A stretch of DNA of 64,000 bases from Candidatus Kapaibacterium sp. (GCA_963665665.1 OY762428.1:5152001-5216000); one strand, 5' to 3'; shown: positions 48,561-59,118, counted from the stretch's first letter. The notes: a model not told the origin generated them from the letters alone. A program made the numbers and translations.

Positions 48561-49549
48561 GCCCCGGTCCTTTTGTTAAGAATTGGTATTATCAGAAATC
48601 CTGCTGCTATCCAGAATATTTCCCGGATACGTGTTGTAAGTGAAACAAATAATCCCAGGCCCGGAGCAAGGCTTAATGTTGCAATTATAAATGTAAGGCT
48701 GCCTTCACGGACTCCAAGCTGCATCGGTATGAAAAATATCATATTAGCTATCAGCGATGATGCCGCTGAAATATATATTGCGTCAGCAAAACTTATATTA
48801 ATTCCAATTGCTTTCAGAATCAGGAAAAACTCAAAAGAAGCAACAATTCTGGAAACTAATTCAAAGCCCAGTGATTTATAAAATCCACTTTTGTCATTTT
48901 GATAAAAATCAGATATTAATACATCAATTTCTTCAAGCTTTGCTATATAATGTTTTTCCGAAAGGATTTTTCCTATAAGCGGCAACTGTACAAGGATTTT
49001 GTGCAATTTGATAATAAATCCCTTTTTGAACAGGGACATAAAAATTGTCAAAAGCAATCCTGTAAAAATTACAGAGCAACAGATAATCATAAGGTTGTCG
49101 CCTTCAAGCCCGAGGCTTGCCAGCATGATAATCAGGCCAAGAATCCAGAACCATACATGTGAATACATGTGCATCATTGAATACAGAAGAACTGCCGCAG
49201 CAGATCTTGAGCCGGTAATTTCTTTTCCGAGAACAGACATTCTGTATGGCTCGCCGCCAAGGCTGACAAAAGGCGTTACATAATTAATTGCATACCCTGA
49301 AATTGTTAACCCGAGTATTTTTGAAAATGAAACTTTGTCTGATTTTGAATTAATAATAAATTTCCACGACATGGCATTCAGAAGATAAACCGCAAGCCAT
49401 ACGAATAATATCGGAATAAAATACCAGGATACTTGCGAAATTTTTTCTAACATCAGCACTATTCCGTAATTATTTATCATAAGCGCAATGGCGATTAATC
49501 CGGCTAAATAAAGAAGGATTTTGAAATATTTTTTTAGTACAGCCTTCAT
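48557..49549 (-). CDS. Lysylphosphatidylglycerol-synthase TM domain (flippase-like, UPF0104) protein
   Basis: NYVTPFVSLGGEPYR, IPMQLGVREG, RIREIFW; multiple TM. Confidence 0.85.
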   Translation of the reverse strand: MKAVLKKYFKILLYLAGLIAIALMINNYGIVLMLEKISQVSWYFIPILFVWLAVYLLNAMSWKFIINSKSDKVSFSKILGLTISGYAINYVTPFVSLGGEPYRMSVLGKEITGSRSAAAVLLYSMMHMYSHVWFWILGLIIMLASLGLEGDNLMIICCSVIFTGLLLTIFMSLFKKGFIIKLHKILVQLPLIGKILSEKHYIAKLEEIDVLISDFYQNDKSGFYKSLGFELVSRIVASFEFFLILKAIGINISFADAIYISAASSLIANMIFFIPMQLGVREGSLTFIIATLSLAPGLGLFVSLTTRIREIFWIAAGFLIIPILNKRTGA

Positions 49550-50457
49550 TACTCAGCAAACTCCCAAATCAGTTTCCTGCTCATACTTTCATGCCTTAAA
49601 ACCATATATATCAAAAGTAGATTCAATACCGTCAGTTCAAACCACAGGTAAATCCAAACATTGCCGAGAAGAACAGAGATGAATAATGTGATCATCCTTG
49701 TATTGGTAGTAAGGATATTTGTATATTTCATTAGTGGTTTACTCAGTTCACGGTATCTTTCGCGCATGTAAGCCGGTATATTGTCTCCGTATTTTCCAAC
49801 AACAAAATCTCTGAAAATTCCGTATTTGCGGGCAATAAATTGCTGCTGGCTAACATAATTAATAAACATTCTTAAATATAATTTCCTGAAAAAATCCGAC
49901 TTCCAACTAAGTGATTTGTAGTCCTCTTTAAGTTGTTTCAGGTCTTCGATATCTTTCAAGCTGTTCTTGCCGATAAATATCAGATGCTGCGTACGATAAT
50001 AATCAGCCATGGCTGCCTGGAGGGAGTGGAAAGCACCCACCATTATCATGAATAAGAATATAGCTGGAGAGTAACCTTCATTTATAAGCCTCAACATTAG
50101 GTGAACGTAAATACTAACAAACCAGAGATTGCCTGCAAATCCGTCCAGGAATCGCCCGAGTTTGGTACAGTTATTTGTCATTCTGGCAAGTTGGCCGTCG
50201 GCGCTGTCCAGCAGATTGGCAAATACCAGGCTGATAATACCGATAATATTCAAAGTCAGATCATGATAATAGAACATGTGCCCGGCAAGTATTCCCCAGA
50301 AAATGCTAATGATAGTTATCGGATTTGGCGTTAGGCCTACTTTTTTTGAAAACAATGCAATCAGGTAGCCAACCGGCCTGTAAAATATCAGGTCGAGTGT
50401 TTCTTCCGTGTCGGCCGATTTTAATGTTGATTTTAGTGTACTTTTTTGCTCTACCAT
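49549..50457 (-). CDS. CDP-alcohol phosphatidyltransferase
   Basis: TPNPIT, DSADGQLAR..GRFLDG motif. Confidence 0.9.
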   Translation of the reverse strand: MVEQKSTLKSTLKSADTEETLDLIFYRPVGYLIALFSKKVGLTPNPITIISIFWGILAGHMFYYHDLTLNIIGIISLVFANLLDSADGQLARMTNNCTKLGRFLDGFAGNLWFVSIYVHLMLRLINEGYSPAIFLFMIMVGAFHSLQAAMADYYRTQHLIFIGKNSLKDIEDLKQLKEDYKSLSWKSDFFRKLYLRMFINYVSQQQFIARKYGIFRDFVVGKYGDNIPAYMRERYRELSKPLMKYTNILTTNTRMITLFISVLLGNVWIYLWFELTVLNLLLIYMVLRHESMSRKLIWEFAE

Positions 50458-51314
50458 GTCTGTTCTTCCAGTTCAAATAATTCAAATTTCTGTGATCTGC
50501 GTTGTTCAATATTTTGAAATATAACTTTTGCTATCATTCCCGAAGCCTCTTCCCGAACAGGAGCGAAGCTGGGCCAGTCGTTGATATCTATAAAATAAAT
50601 CTCTCCGTCCGGTGTAATTATCGCATCACCCCCGAAAAATTTAAGGTCAAACAAGTTTGCGCAACGAAATATTTCATTTTTAAGCTTACTTTTGCTGAAA
50701 GGATATTCGTTATGGCCATTTGCGTAATACCAGTAGATGTAATCTGCTTCAGGGACGGCATAAAATTTAATCTCATCGCCGCCAATATGCTCCATAACCG
50801 AGGCTTTGCTGATTCCCCTTCTCATGAACTCTTTCAGAATATTACCTAACTCGGAGGGGGAATAAACTTTCACAATATCTTCGCGGTGATTTATATGCCC
50901 TTCCCTTTTTACCCAAAGTTTATTTTTCGAGAATGCGGATGCTATCCTTTCGGCATATTTGTAATCTTCAGTACTCACGGTAATATTAACCGGGGTGGAA
51001 ATATTATTTCTGGTGAGTATGTCCATCATGTTTTCCCTGTGACAGTTCCTTACACCCCTGACCGAGTTAAGAATCATGGAATTATTATTCTCTAGATTTT
51101 TAAGATTTTTCAAAGCGTTTGAACTTCTTGCCATCGTAAAAATTACATCTTCTGTAATATTTATTTTATCTAAATCATTTTCATCATAATAGTTTACTAT
51201 TGTACCCATATTTTTAAGTTTTTCGCCTGTTAGCTGGAGTATAATACTGTCGTTATCCACGTGGTTGGGTGAGAACCTTGTAGCCCTTCTGATAGCAGCG
51301 ACACTTTTTATCAT
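50451..51314 (-). CDS. ATP-grasp-like protein of unknown function
   Basis: WVKR, EHIGGDEIKFY, FFGGDAI..YFIDINDWPSF. Confidence 0.7.
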   Translation of the reverse strand: MIKSVAAIRRATRFSPNHVDNDSIILQLTGEKLKNMGTIVNYYDENDLDKINITEDVIFTMARSSNALKNLKNLENNNSMILNSVRGVRNCHRENMMDILTRNNISTPVNITVSTEDYKYAERIASAFSKNKLWVKREGHINHREDIVKVYSPSELGNILKEFMRRGISKASVMEHIGGDEIKFYAVPEADYIYWYYANGHNEYPFSKSKLKNEIFRCANLFDLKFFGGDAIITPDGEIYFIDINDWPSFAPVREEASGMIAKVIFQNIEQRRSQKFELFELEEQTW

Positions 51315-51334
51315 ATACTCGCCTTCCAAATAGT

Positions 51335-51778
51335 TTAATAATTTATCTTAATGACCTGTTCAACTTGTTTGTCCTTTACTTCAAAACACGCGTCGTCGAA
51401 GTCCGGAATACCCATTCCGAGGAATGCTTTTGCATTGTTCGAGCAAGCCCAGCCTTCGCTGGGAAGGCCAAGAAAAGTCTTATCCATTTTCTTGTTTCCG
51501 TTTTCATCATGATGAACTGTAAAAGCATACTTGCCTGGTTTAAGCCCTGCGAAAAGGAATTCGGCCTGCATATCATCAAGATCGAAATCATTAATATATT
51601 TCATAGCTTTTTTTGAATTAGTAGGATAGCCGTCCTCGCTATTAAAAATGTGGCAAACCACCCAGCCGTTTGAATTTCTGAGCCCGTTCACCACGACATG
51701 AACCGAGCCGGTTGAACCAGCGCCGGTGTCAGACGGAGCTATGAGCAGCAACACAAATAAATATATTATTATATTCAT
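51335..51778 (-). CDS. DUF2141-family exported protein
   Basis: Signal peptide, PGKYAFTVHHDENGNKKMD..GLPSEGWACSNN. Confidence 0.88.
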   Translation of the reverse strand: MNIIIYLFVLLLIAPSDTGAGSTGSVHVVVNGLRNSNGWVVCHIFNSEDGYPTNSKKAMKYINDFDLDDMQAEFLFAGLKPGKYAFTVHHDENGNKKMDKTFLGLPSEGWACSNNAKAFLGMGIPDFDDACFEVKDKQVEQVIKINY

Positions 51779-52476
51779 TTCTCATCCTTTAAAAATTTTT
51801 CGGCTTTATCAATATCTTTAATATGGTCAACATCAATTATCTTTGAAAATTCAAAGGCTTTAACTTTAAGTTGTCTTTCAAGAAGCATTCTCTGAAAATT
51901 TCTGAGCATGTGAATTCCTTTGTCAAAACATTCATTCAGAACATCAATAACTGTCGGAGCGAAGTAATATATTCCTCCGGATACAAGGCTTGTATCTTCC
52001 CGATCATCCGGGAATGCCGTTATATCATGGAATTGATTGGTTCTTATATATAGCGGCTTTTCGTCGTCGATATAGGGGGTTGCAGCCATAACAGCATCAT
52101 AATCGTCAAGATTTCTTGCGTAATTGATGTAACTGCTAAACTCTTTTTCCCTGAAAACGGTGTCAACAGTAAACAGGCAGAAATAATCGTCTTTCAGCCA
52201 ATCTCTCATTTCATACAGGCTGTGCATAGAACCGGGTGTATTCTTAACGAGAAGATTGATATTCATTCCATTTGTTATTTTTTTAATGTGTTTCTCCAGG
52301 GTTTCCGAATTTCCATTGATAATAATTGAAAGGCTGTTATAATCAAATTTTGATATTAGTTGTATCAGTCTTTCTATCATCGGAATGCCGTTGAGTTTTA
52401 CTAAACCTTTTGGTTTATTAAGGCCTTCATTGTTGAGCCTGGAACCCAACCCCGCTGCGAGAATGGCGAAATTCAT
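51775..52476 (-). CDS. NTP-transferase (sugar/inositol-phosphate cytidylyltransferase-like)
   Basis: AILAAGLGSRL...PKGL, TVDTVF, IDVDHIKDI; start at MNFAIL. Confidence 0.88.
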   Translation of the reverse strand: MNFAILAAGLGSRLNNEGLNKPKGLVKLNGIPMIERLIQLISKFDYNSLSIIINGNSETLEKHIKKITNGMNINLLVKNTPGSMHSLYEMRDWLKDDYFCLFTVDTVFREKEFSSYINYARNLDDYDAVMAATPYIDDEKPLYIRTNQFHDITAFPDDREDTSLVSGGIYYFAPTVIDVLNECFDKGIHMLRNFQRMLLERQLKVKAFEFSKIIDVDHIKDIDKAEKFLKDEK

Positions 52477-52760
52477 ATTTAACCTGTTAATATATCTAAA
52501 TGATTTAACATAAAAGATTAACCAATTGGTTAATCTTTTTTTTTTCAATTTACAATTTTTTTTTAATACCAGCAAAACATTTTTAACTGAATGGTTAAAT
52601 AATATTTATAATATATGTATTACTTTCACTTAAAACATATAATAAACTACATAGGTATAAATAGTATACATAAGAGTATAAAAATTTCTGTCCGATAAAA
52701 ATTATTAACGGATTTTCACTATTCCGACTATGCAGAATATTTTATTTTATTACCTGACTT

Positions 52761-53333
52761 CTATCTTTTAACCAAGCCATTCATGGTAATATCCATGAAA
52801 ACTTTTGAAATTCGTTCAAAATCGGAATCTGAATGATCACCCATGATCAATGCGTCAAAAAAGACGTGAGTTAAAATTATATAAGCATCAATATCGATAT
52901 CTTCTCTTATAATGCCATCTTTTTGGCAATCGTCCATAAAATTTTTGAATATTTCATGGCTGACTTCATCTTTCTGTTTCAATTCTTTCTTAAGCAAAGG
53001 ATATTCTATTGACACATCCTTTGCAAATCTTCTCGTAAAACCACTGAATCGCTTCGGAATATCGTTGAACAATATTTCAAGTTTTTCTTTATTAGTTTTG
53101 TTGCTTGAAATAATTTTTTCAATAGCTGCTTTATTATCTAACATGCCGCTCAGAAAAAGTCTGGATATCAGATTTTCCTTGCTGCCTATAATCGCATATA
53201 ATGTTTTCTTTGCAAGACCACTGTTCCTGGCAAGATCGTCCATATTCCAGCCTTTTATGCCATATTTCTCGATTAATTCCAAAGCGTTCTCATAAACAAC
53301 TTCTTCGTATTCTTTGTTATTAACTTTTTTCAT
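52761..53333 (-). CDS. TetR/AcrR-family regulator
   Basis: KYGIKGWNMDDLARNSGLAKKTLY..SKENL; start at MKKV. Confidence 0.88.
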   Translation of the reverse strand: MKKVNNKEYEEVVYENALELIEKYGIKGWNMDDLARNSGLAKKTLYAIIGSKENLISRLFLSGMLDNKAAIEKIISSNKTNKEKLEILFNDIPKRFSGFTRRFAKDVSIEYPLLKKELKQKDEVSHEIFKNFMDDCQKDGIIREDIDIDAYIILTHVFFDALIMGDHSDSDFERISKVFMDITMNGLVKR

Positions 53334-53454
53334 CCTTCTCGCACCTTGCTTATACTGTCTCGTTTCATTTAGTGTAAGATACGAATTTTCCATAGTAACT
53401 CCAAAAAAGTATTTTTATTTTAAATTATTTTCAAATCATTAAAAAAAATTCTTT

Positions 53455-54798
53455 TCAATACCTGGCTGTTGCAACTAAATAATTAGCCTGCTTGATTTTA
53501 TAGTTAGCTTTTGCATCTGTAAGATCATTAAGCGTAGACTGGTGAATTGCCCTGGCTTCAAGGAGGTCGGAAGTAGTTACTATTCCGGCATCGTAATTGT
53601 CCTGTATTACTTTCAGGTGTTCTTCTGCCTGAAGTACTGATGCTTCGGCAACTTTTATTTGCTGAAAACTATCGAACAGGTCGCGGTATGATTTTTCAAT
53701 CTGCAGGGCAATCAGTTCGGATTTTTCCTCCAGATTATTTTTTGCAATTTCAATTTCAATTTCTTTTTCCTCGATTTCATGCGAACCTCCCCACCAGTCA
53801 GAGATTGGGACACTAAGGTTGACCATTCCTATTAAATTTGAACTTTCCGTATCCATAATATCAAGATAAAGCGCCTGTGCCCCAATGCTTAATTGCGGAT
53901 AATATTCTCCGGCCTGAATATCTTTCTGTAAATTCCCGGCTTCAACAGCCATGTTCAGCAGCTGTATTTCATTTCTTGATTTAAGTGCTCCGGGATGGTC
54001 TGTTTTTATTGTTTCAGGAGCAGGGGTGTCAAATACCGGGGTGCTGATATCGAATTCTTCTGAATATTCAACCCCGATATGCTGTGCAAGGCTCATTTTC
54101 AGTAGTGTTGTACCGTTTGTTAATTTAATTTTGTTTGCATTTATTTTGCTTATTTCAAGCTGAACTTTCAGCAGGTCGCTTTTTTGTACAAGTCCTGCGT
54201 GCAATGCTGTTTGAACATCGGATTCAAGTGTTTTCAATAGTTTTTCATAACTCAGCAGCGTGTTCATCTTTTCTTCCAGGGACCTTATAGTCCAGAAGTA
54301 ATTCTCAGTTCGGAGCAGGACTTCATCAATAGTCAGCAGAGATTTCTTCTTTTTGATATCAATAGCAAGGCCTGCAAGTTTGTTGGCATTTCTTATACGT
54401 CCTCCTGCATATATTGGCTGAATTATATTAACAGCAGCAAGATTTGTGTAGTCAAGCAGCTCCAGTTTCATACCCGGAAAATAAGCAAATTCTGTTGCAG
54501 TACGCAAGTTAGCCGGGTTGCCGTCGTAAACCGGTAGGTTCATTTCGGGTACTTCAGCTTCAAGTAACGGGTCCATAGCTTTCATTACAGTTGCATTTGC
54601 ACTTATATTGGGATAATATTTCGTGTATGCCGATTTTTTAACTTCTTCAGAAGCTTTTATTTCGTAATTACTTTCCCTGATCTTTTTATTGTTTTCCAAT
54701 GCATATTTTTTGCATATTTCCAGGCTTAATTCTTCTGCAGAAATATTTACCGCCATAGATACTATTAACACTAAAAAAACTGATATTTTATTAAACAT
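53455..54798 (-). CDS. TolC-family outer-membrane efflux protein
   Basis: LSLEICKKYALENN, YYPNIS, QPIYAGG, YDAGIVTTSDLLEA. Confidence 0.92.
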   Translation of the reverse strand: MFNKISVFLVLIVSMAVNISAEELSLEICKKYALENNKKIRESNYEIKASEEVKKSAYTKYYPNISANATVMKAMDPLLEAEVPEMNLPVYDGNPANLRTATEFAYFPGMKLELLDYTNLAAVNIIQPIYAGGRIRNANKLAGLAIDIKKKKSLLTIDEVLLRTENYFWTIRSLEEKMNTLLSYEKLLKTLESDVQTALHAGLVQKSDLLKVQLEISKINANKIKLTNGTTLLKMSLAQHIGVEYSEEFDISTPVFDTPAPETIKTDHPGALKSRNEIQLLNMAVEAGNLQKDIQAGEYYPQLSIGAQALYLDIMDTESSNLIGMVNLSVPISDWWGGSHEIEEKEIEIEIAKNNLEEKSELIALQIEKSYRDLFDSFQQIKVAEASVLQAEEHLKVIQDNYDAGIVTTSDLLEARAIHQSTLNDLTDAKANYKIKQANYLVATARY

Positions 54799-54814
54799 TT
54801 TTATTCCTTGCCTA

Positions 54815-57800
54815 TTATATACTTACATTCTCAGGTTCAATTTCTTTTTGCGATGTTGTCTTCCAGTAGAGTACGGGGACTACAAACAGAGTTTGCAACA
54901 TACCGAATATCAGGCCAAAGCAGATAACAGCACCGAGCGGGCCCCATAGTGGCGAATTGCTGATTATCATTGGTACAACGCCAATTGCGGCTGCCATGGA
55001 AGTCAGAAATATTGGTCTCATTCTGCGCCTGCCTGCTGCAATTCCGGCTTCCATAAAGCTCATCCCGTCTTTTTCCACGAGTTGCATTGCGTAATCAACC
55101 AGTATTATTCCATTCCTGACAGTTATTCCCATTAATCCTATTAACCCTATAAAAGATGTAACTCCAAAAGGATAGCCTACTATTAACAGCCCTAAACTAA
55201 CGCCAAATAAGCTTAGCAACATCGTTGACATAATTAAAAGTGACCTGCGTATTGTTTTAAACTGGAATAAGAGAATGAAGAATATCAATACAATACTTGT
55301 TGCTAAAGCTTTACCCATAGGTACAAATACTTCCAGTCCCATTTCTTTTTCACCACCGTACACGATATTAACACCCTGGGGTAATTTAATTGATTCAATT
55401 GCTTCATGGACTTCATTGAATACTTTTGAGTAGATAACAGCTCTCTCAATATCTGCCTGCACAGTAATAGTTCTGACTCCGTTTCTCCTTACAATTTGTC
55501 CTTCGGTCCATTCCGGATGTAAAGTTGCTACAGACCTTAGCGGAAGTGATTCCATTGTAAAAGGAGAAACAACATATTGATTTTCAACATCTTTTATATC
55601 GTTTTTAAATTCTTCTTCATTTGAAAGGACCACTTCAACAGGATAGTCACCTTCCCATACTGTAGTCACAGGAAGTCCGCTAAGTGCGGTCATCAAAGAA
55701 GTGGAAACAAAAGTTTTGGTATAACCCATACGGTTTGCTTTGTCCCTGTCAAGCTCTACCTGGATACCCCGTCTTTTTTCAAGCCAGTCGGTTCTTATCC
55801 ATGTTGTTTTCTCATTTCTGTCAAGAATACCGGAAACTTCAGAAGCCACTTCTTTGATTTCCCTTATATTATCTCCGGAAATTCGAATTTCGATAGGAGC
55901 GGGGAAACTTTCCATAGCAATTTGTTTCCATTTAATGTGGGCCTGCGGGAAGATGTCTCTGTACTTTTGGCTGTATTCGTCAAGTACTTCAACTGTTGCA
56001 TTGTTTGATACTGTATTTACCAGTATCTGCCCGTAATTTTTCGCCGGCATGTGAGGTGCGTATAAATCGTGAAACCTTGGCGATCCGCTGCCGACAAAAC
56101 TTGCTACATTGGTAATCCTTTTGTCATCCATAAGAATATTTTCAAGGCTGTCAATTACTGTTTCTGTTTGTTCCAGGGAATATCCCTCCGGAAGATAAAC
56201 TTCAACTGCGAACTGCATCCTGTCCATCGAAGGAAATACCTGCATATCAATATTTTTAAACATAATTATTGCGATTAAAACCGATAATACACCGGAAAAA
56301 ATTGTTGTTTTGGGCCATCTGAATGCAAGATCGAGTATCTTATCGTATTTTTCCTGAACTATGTCCAGAAAGCTTTTTTTATTTTTTGTTTTGGAACTGT
56401 CGTGCAGCCCTTTTTTTATAAATATGAAGCAGATTACCGGCACAAGGAGTATTGCGATGATTAATGATATTCCAAGAGCAATACCGATTGTTAACGGAAA
56501 ACTACCTACAAAATCACCAGCCATTCCCACAAGGAACATCATCAATGGAAAAAAAGCAGCACATATTGCAGCTGTAGCCGAAAGGACTGGTATATACAGG
56601 TCGGTTGCTGCTTTCCAGGCCGCATCCCATGGAGAATCCCCGTGATCGAGTTTTTCAACATGGTTGTCTATTATCACTATTGCGTTATCCACAACCATGC
56701 CCAGAACAACTATAAGCCCGGCAAGTGAGACGGTATCGAGTTGTATACCAACCATCTGCATGATTCCAAGTGTGATCATAATTGTTATTGGGATAGTAAC
56801 TGCTGCAACCGATGCTATCCTGAATGGCAAAAGGATCATCGTAACAATTATAACTGCAAGCACTGCTATCAAAAATTCTTTCAGAAAATGACTTATTGAG
56901 TTATCAACCACTTCACCCTGATTTGATATTATATTCAAATCAATTTTTCCCGAATATTTTGAAGAGAAATTATCAAGTATTGTTTCTACTTCTTCGCTGA
57001 ACTCGACAATATTTCTTCCGAGCTGCATTTCCAGGGATAAAAGAAGAGCATTTTTTTTGTTATTTCGAATATAACTGTCTGGCTTATCGTATTTTCTTTC
57101 TACTCTGGCAATATCTTTCAGTCGAATTACATTTCCCATAGGATCTGAATATACGATCTGCTCTTCAAGGTCTTTTACAGATTCAAAACGGGGTGGAAGG
57201 TGAACAGGCATTGTCAGAACATTATTATCCAACATTCCTGCATAATTGAGTGCATCCTGTATTTTAAATGATGCAAGAATACTCGTTGGATTTACAGAGT
57301 ATTCGTTTAATTTTTCAGGTTTTGTATAAATAAATATTTTTTCTTTTTGCTCTCCGTATTTTTTAATTTTCGAAACTGATTCAAGTTTACGGATTTCAGT
57401 TTCCAGCTCTTCCATTGAATCTTCAAGTTCCCGGTAATCTTTGCTTTCCGATGACATAGTAACAAGTAGGGCGGAGGTATCGCCAAAATCATTTGTACCA
57501 AACAGGGCAAGCACACCTGATGGAAGTTTCATTTTAAGTTCCTCAAGCCCATGCCTGAGCTTGGACCAAAACTGGTCTGAATTTTCGACGTCGTCATTTA
57601 GTTCCACGAAAACTATCATCATTCCTTCGCGGGACTGGGAATAAGTTTTCTCTTTGTTGATTTCCTTGTAGCCAAAAAGATAATTTTCAACATCTTTAGT
57701 AAGCTGCTGCTCAACTTCCAGAGAAGTTGCCCCGGGATATACTCCTATAACAAGGCCCTGGCGTATAGTAAAATGAGGAAATTCATTTCTTGGCATTGTT

Positions 57801-57901
57801 GCAAGGGAAAAACCTCCGATAATCATCATTACCAGAACAATTGATATTATAACCTGGCGGTATTTCATTGATAATTCTATCAGATTCTGCTTTTTCATCA
57901 T
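54815..57901 (-). CDS. AcrB/AcrD/AcrF-family RND permease
   Basis: YPGATSLEVEQ, LGMVVDNAIV, VRNGIILVD, RMRPIFLTS. Confidence 0.95.
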   Translation of the reverse strand: MMKKQNLIELSMKYRQVIISIVLVMMIIGGFSLATMPRNEFPHFTIRQGLVIGVYPGATSLEVEQQLTKDVENYLFGYKEINKEKTYSQSREGMMIVFVELNDDVENSDQFWSKLRHGLEELKMKLPSGVLALFGTNDFGDTSALLVTMSSESKDYRELEDSMEELETEIRKLESVSKIKKYGEQKEKIFIYTKPEKLNEYSVNPTSILASFKIQDALNYAGMLDNNVLTMPVHLPPRFESVKDLEEQIVYSDPMGNVIRLKDIARVERKYDKPDSYIRNNKKNALLLSLEMQLGRNIVEFSEEVETILDNFSSKYSGKIDLNIISNQGEVVDNSISHFLKEFLIAVLAVIIVTMILLPFRIASVAAVTIPITIMITLGIMQMVGIQLDTVSLAGLIVVLGMVVDNAIVIIDNHVEKLDHGDSPWDAAWKAATDLYIPVLSATAAICAAFFPLMMFLVGMAGDFVGSFPLTIGIALGISLIIAILLVPVICFIFIKKGLHDSSKTKNKKSFLDIVQEKYDKILDLAFRWPKTTIFSGVLSVLIAIIMFKNIDMQVFPSMDRMQFAVEVYLPEGYSLEQTETVIDSLENILMDDKRITNVASFVGSGSPRFHDLYAPHMPAKNYGQILVNTVSNNATVEVLDEYSQKYRDIFPQAHIKWKQIAMESFPAPIEIRISGDNIREIKEVASEVSGILDRNEKTTWIRTDWLEKRRGIQVELDRDKANRMGYTKTFVSTSLMTALSGLPVTTVWEGDYPVEVVLSNEEEFKNDIKDVENQYVVSPFTMESLPLRSVATLHPEWTEGQIVRRNGVRTITVQADIERAVIYSKVFNEVHEAIESIKLPQGVNIVYGGEKEMGLEVFVPMGKALATSIVLIFFILLFQFKTIRRSLLIMSTMLLSLFGVSLGLLIVGYPFGVTSFIGLIGLMGITVRNGIILVDYAMQLVEKDGMSFMEAGIAAGRRRMRPIFLTSMAAAIGVVPMIISNSPLWGPLGAVICFGLIFGMLQTLFVVPVLYWKTTSQKEIEPENVSI

Positions 57902-57931
57902 TTCTCGCTTCTTTTTTCCAAATAAATTATT

Positions 57932-58966
57932 CTATAAACTGATTTCTGTTTTACCATTTAACTTATCCTGTCCGTCTATCAGCACCTGGTCTCCTTCGGA
58001 TAATCCCGATTTAACTTCAATGTCGTTGTTACAAAAAATTCCGGTTTTAATATCCTGTCTGATTATTTTATTAGTTTTTGTATCTACCATGTAAATATAT
58101 TTATCATTATTTTCATCCTTAAGCACGGCCTTATAGGGGATAGTAAGAGCCATATCGCTGGCGCTTGTCTCAAGATTAACATCGCAGGCCATACCCGGTT
58201 TGATTTTATGCCCGGGATTATCCACAACAATTTTTACTTCGTATGTTTTGGATACGGGGCTTGCCATTACGCCTATCTTATCTACTATTCCGGTGGCGTT
58301 ATCAATTCCGGCAGCAGGGATTGATATATTAGCTTTATCTCTTGTGCTTATCCTTGATATTTCATTTTCCGGAACTGATACTTTTACATATATTCTATTA
58401 ATATCAACAAGTTCGAAAACAGGAATACCCGGAGCTGCGTTAGATCCAATCTCAATATTCCTTGAGCCAATAACACCTGCTACAGGTGCTTTCAATAAGC
58501 AGTCGTCCAGGTTTTCTTTAGCAATATTACTGGTTGATTTTGCCTGCTGAAGTTTCGATACAACTTCTTCCCATTTAATGTCCGGCAGGCTTCCGTTCTC
58601 ATGAACTTTCCTGAGTCTTTCGTGGGCGTCTTCAGCCTGCTCAAGCATGGCAAGTGAAGCATCGTATGAATTCTGCATAGTGGTTTTGTCTAAAATAGCC
58701 AAAGTTGCTCCTGCAGATACCATGTCTCCAATATCCACCTTTATTTCATGAACGGAGCCTGGTATGCTAAACCCAAGAGAGGTTTTCTTGAATGGCTCGG
58801 CTACGCCACTATATTCAAATTTATTAGATCGATATTTCATCTTGGCTTTAACTGTCTGAATTTTTATCTTTTCGTTCTTTCTGGTTAATTGACTGCTTTC
58901 ATCAGTTCCGCAGGAACTAATTAAAAATGAAATAAGAACACTTGTAAATATGATTTTTGCCTTCAT
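57932..58966 (-). CDS. RND periplasmic adaptor (MFP) lipoprotein
   Basis: LISSC lipobox, lipoyl halves GSVHEIKVDIGD / LKAPVAGVI, IKPGM; start at MKAK. Confidence 0.92.
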   Translation of the reverse strand: MKAKIIFTSVLISFLISSCGTDESSQLTRKNEKIKIQTVKAKMKYRSNKFEYSGVAEPFKKTSLGFSIPGSVHEIKVDIGDMVSAGATLAILDKTTMQNSYDASLAMLEQAEDAHERLRKVHENGSLPDIKWEEVVSKLQQAKSTSNIAKENLDDCLLKAPVAGVIGSRNIEIGSNAAPGIPVFELVDINRIYVKVSVPENEISRISTRDKANISIPAAGIDNATGIVDKIGVMASPVSKTYEVKIVVDNPGHKIKPGMACDVNLETSASDMALTIPYKAVLKDENNDKYIYMVDTKTNKIIRQDIKTGIFCNNDIEVKSGLSEGDQVLIDGQDKLNGKTEISL

Positions 58967-59118
58967 GAAAATAGTCCTTCGTAAATCGTATATAAAAATA
59001 TTATTCAAATTTTATCGATAATCAGAAAATATCAAAAATCTTTTAGCTGAATTAGTGTAAATTACTTAAAGAATATAATACTATATTAGTATTTTAGTCG
59101 AATTAAGTACAAAAAAAA

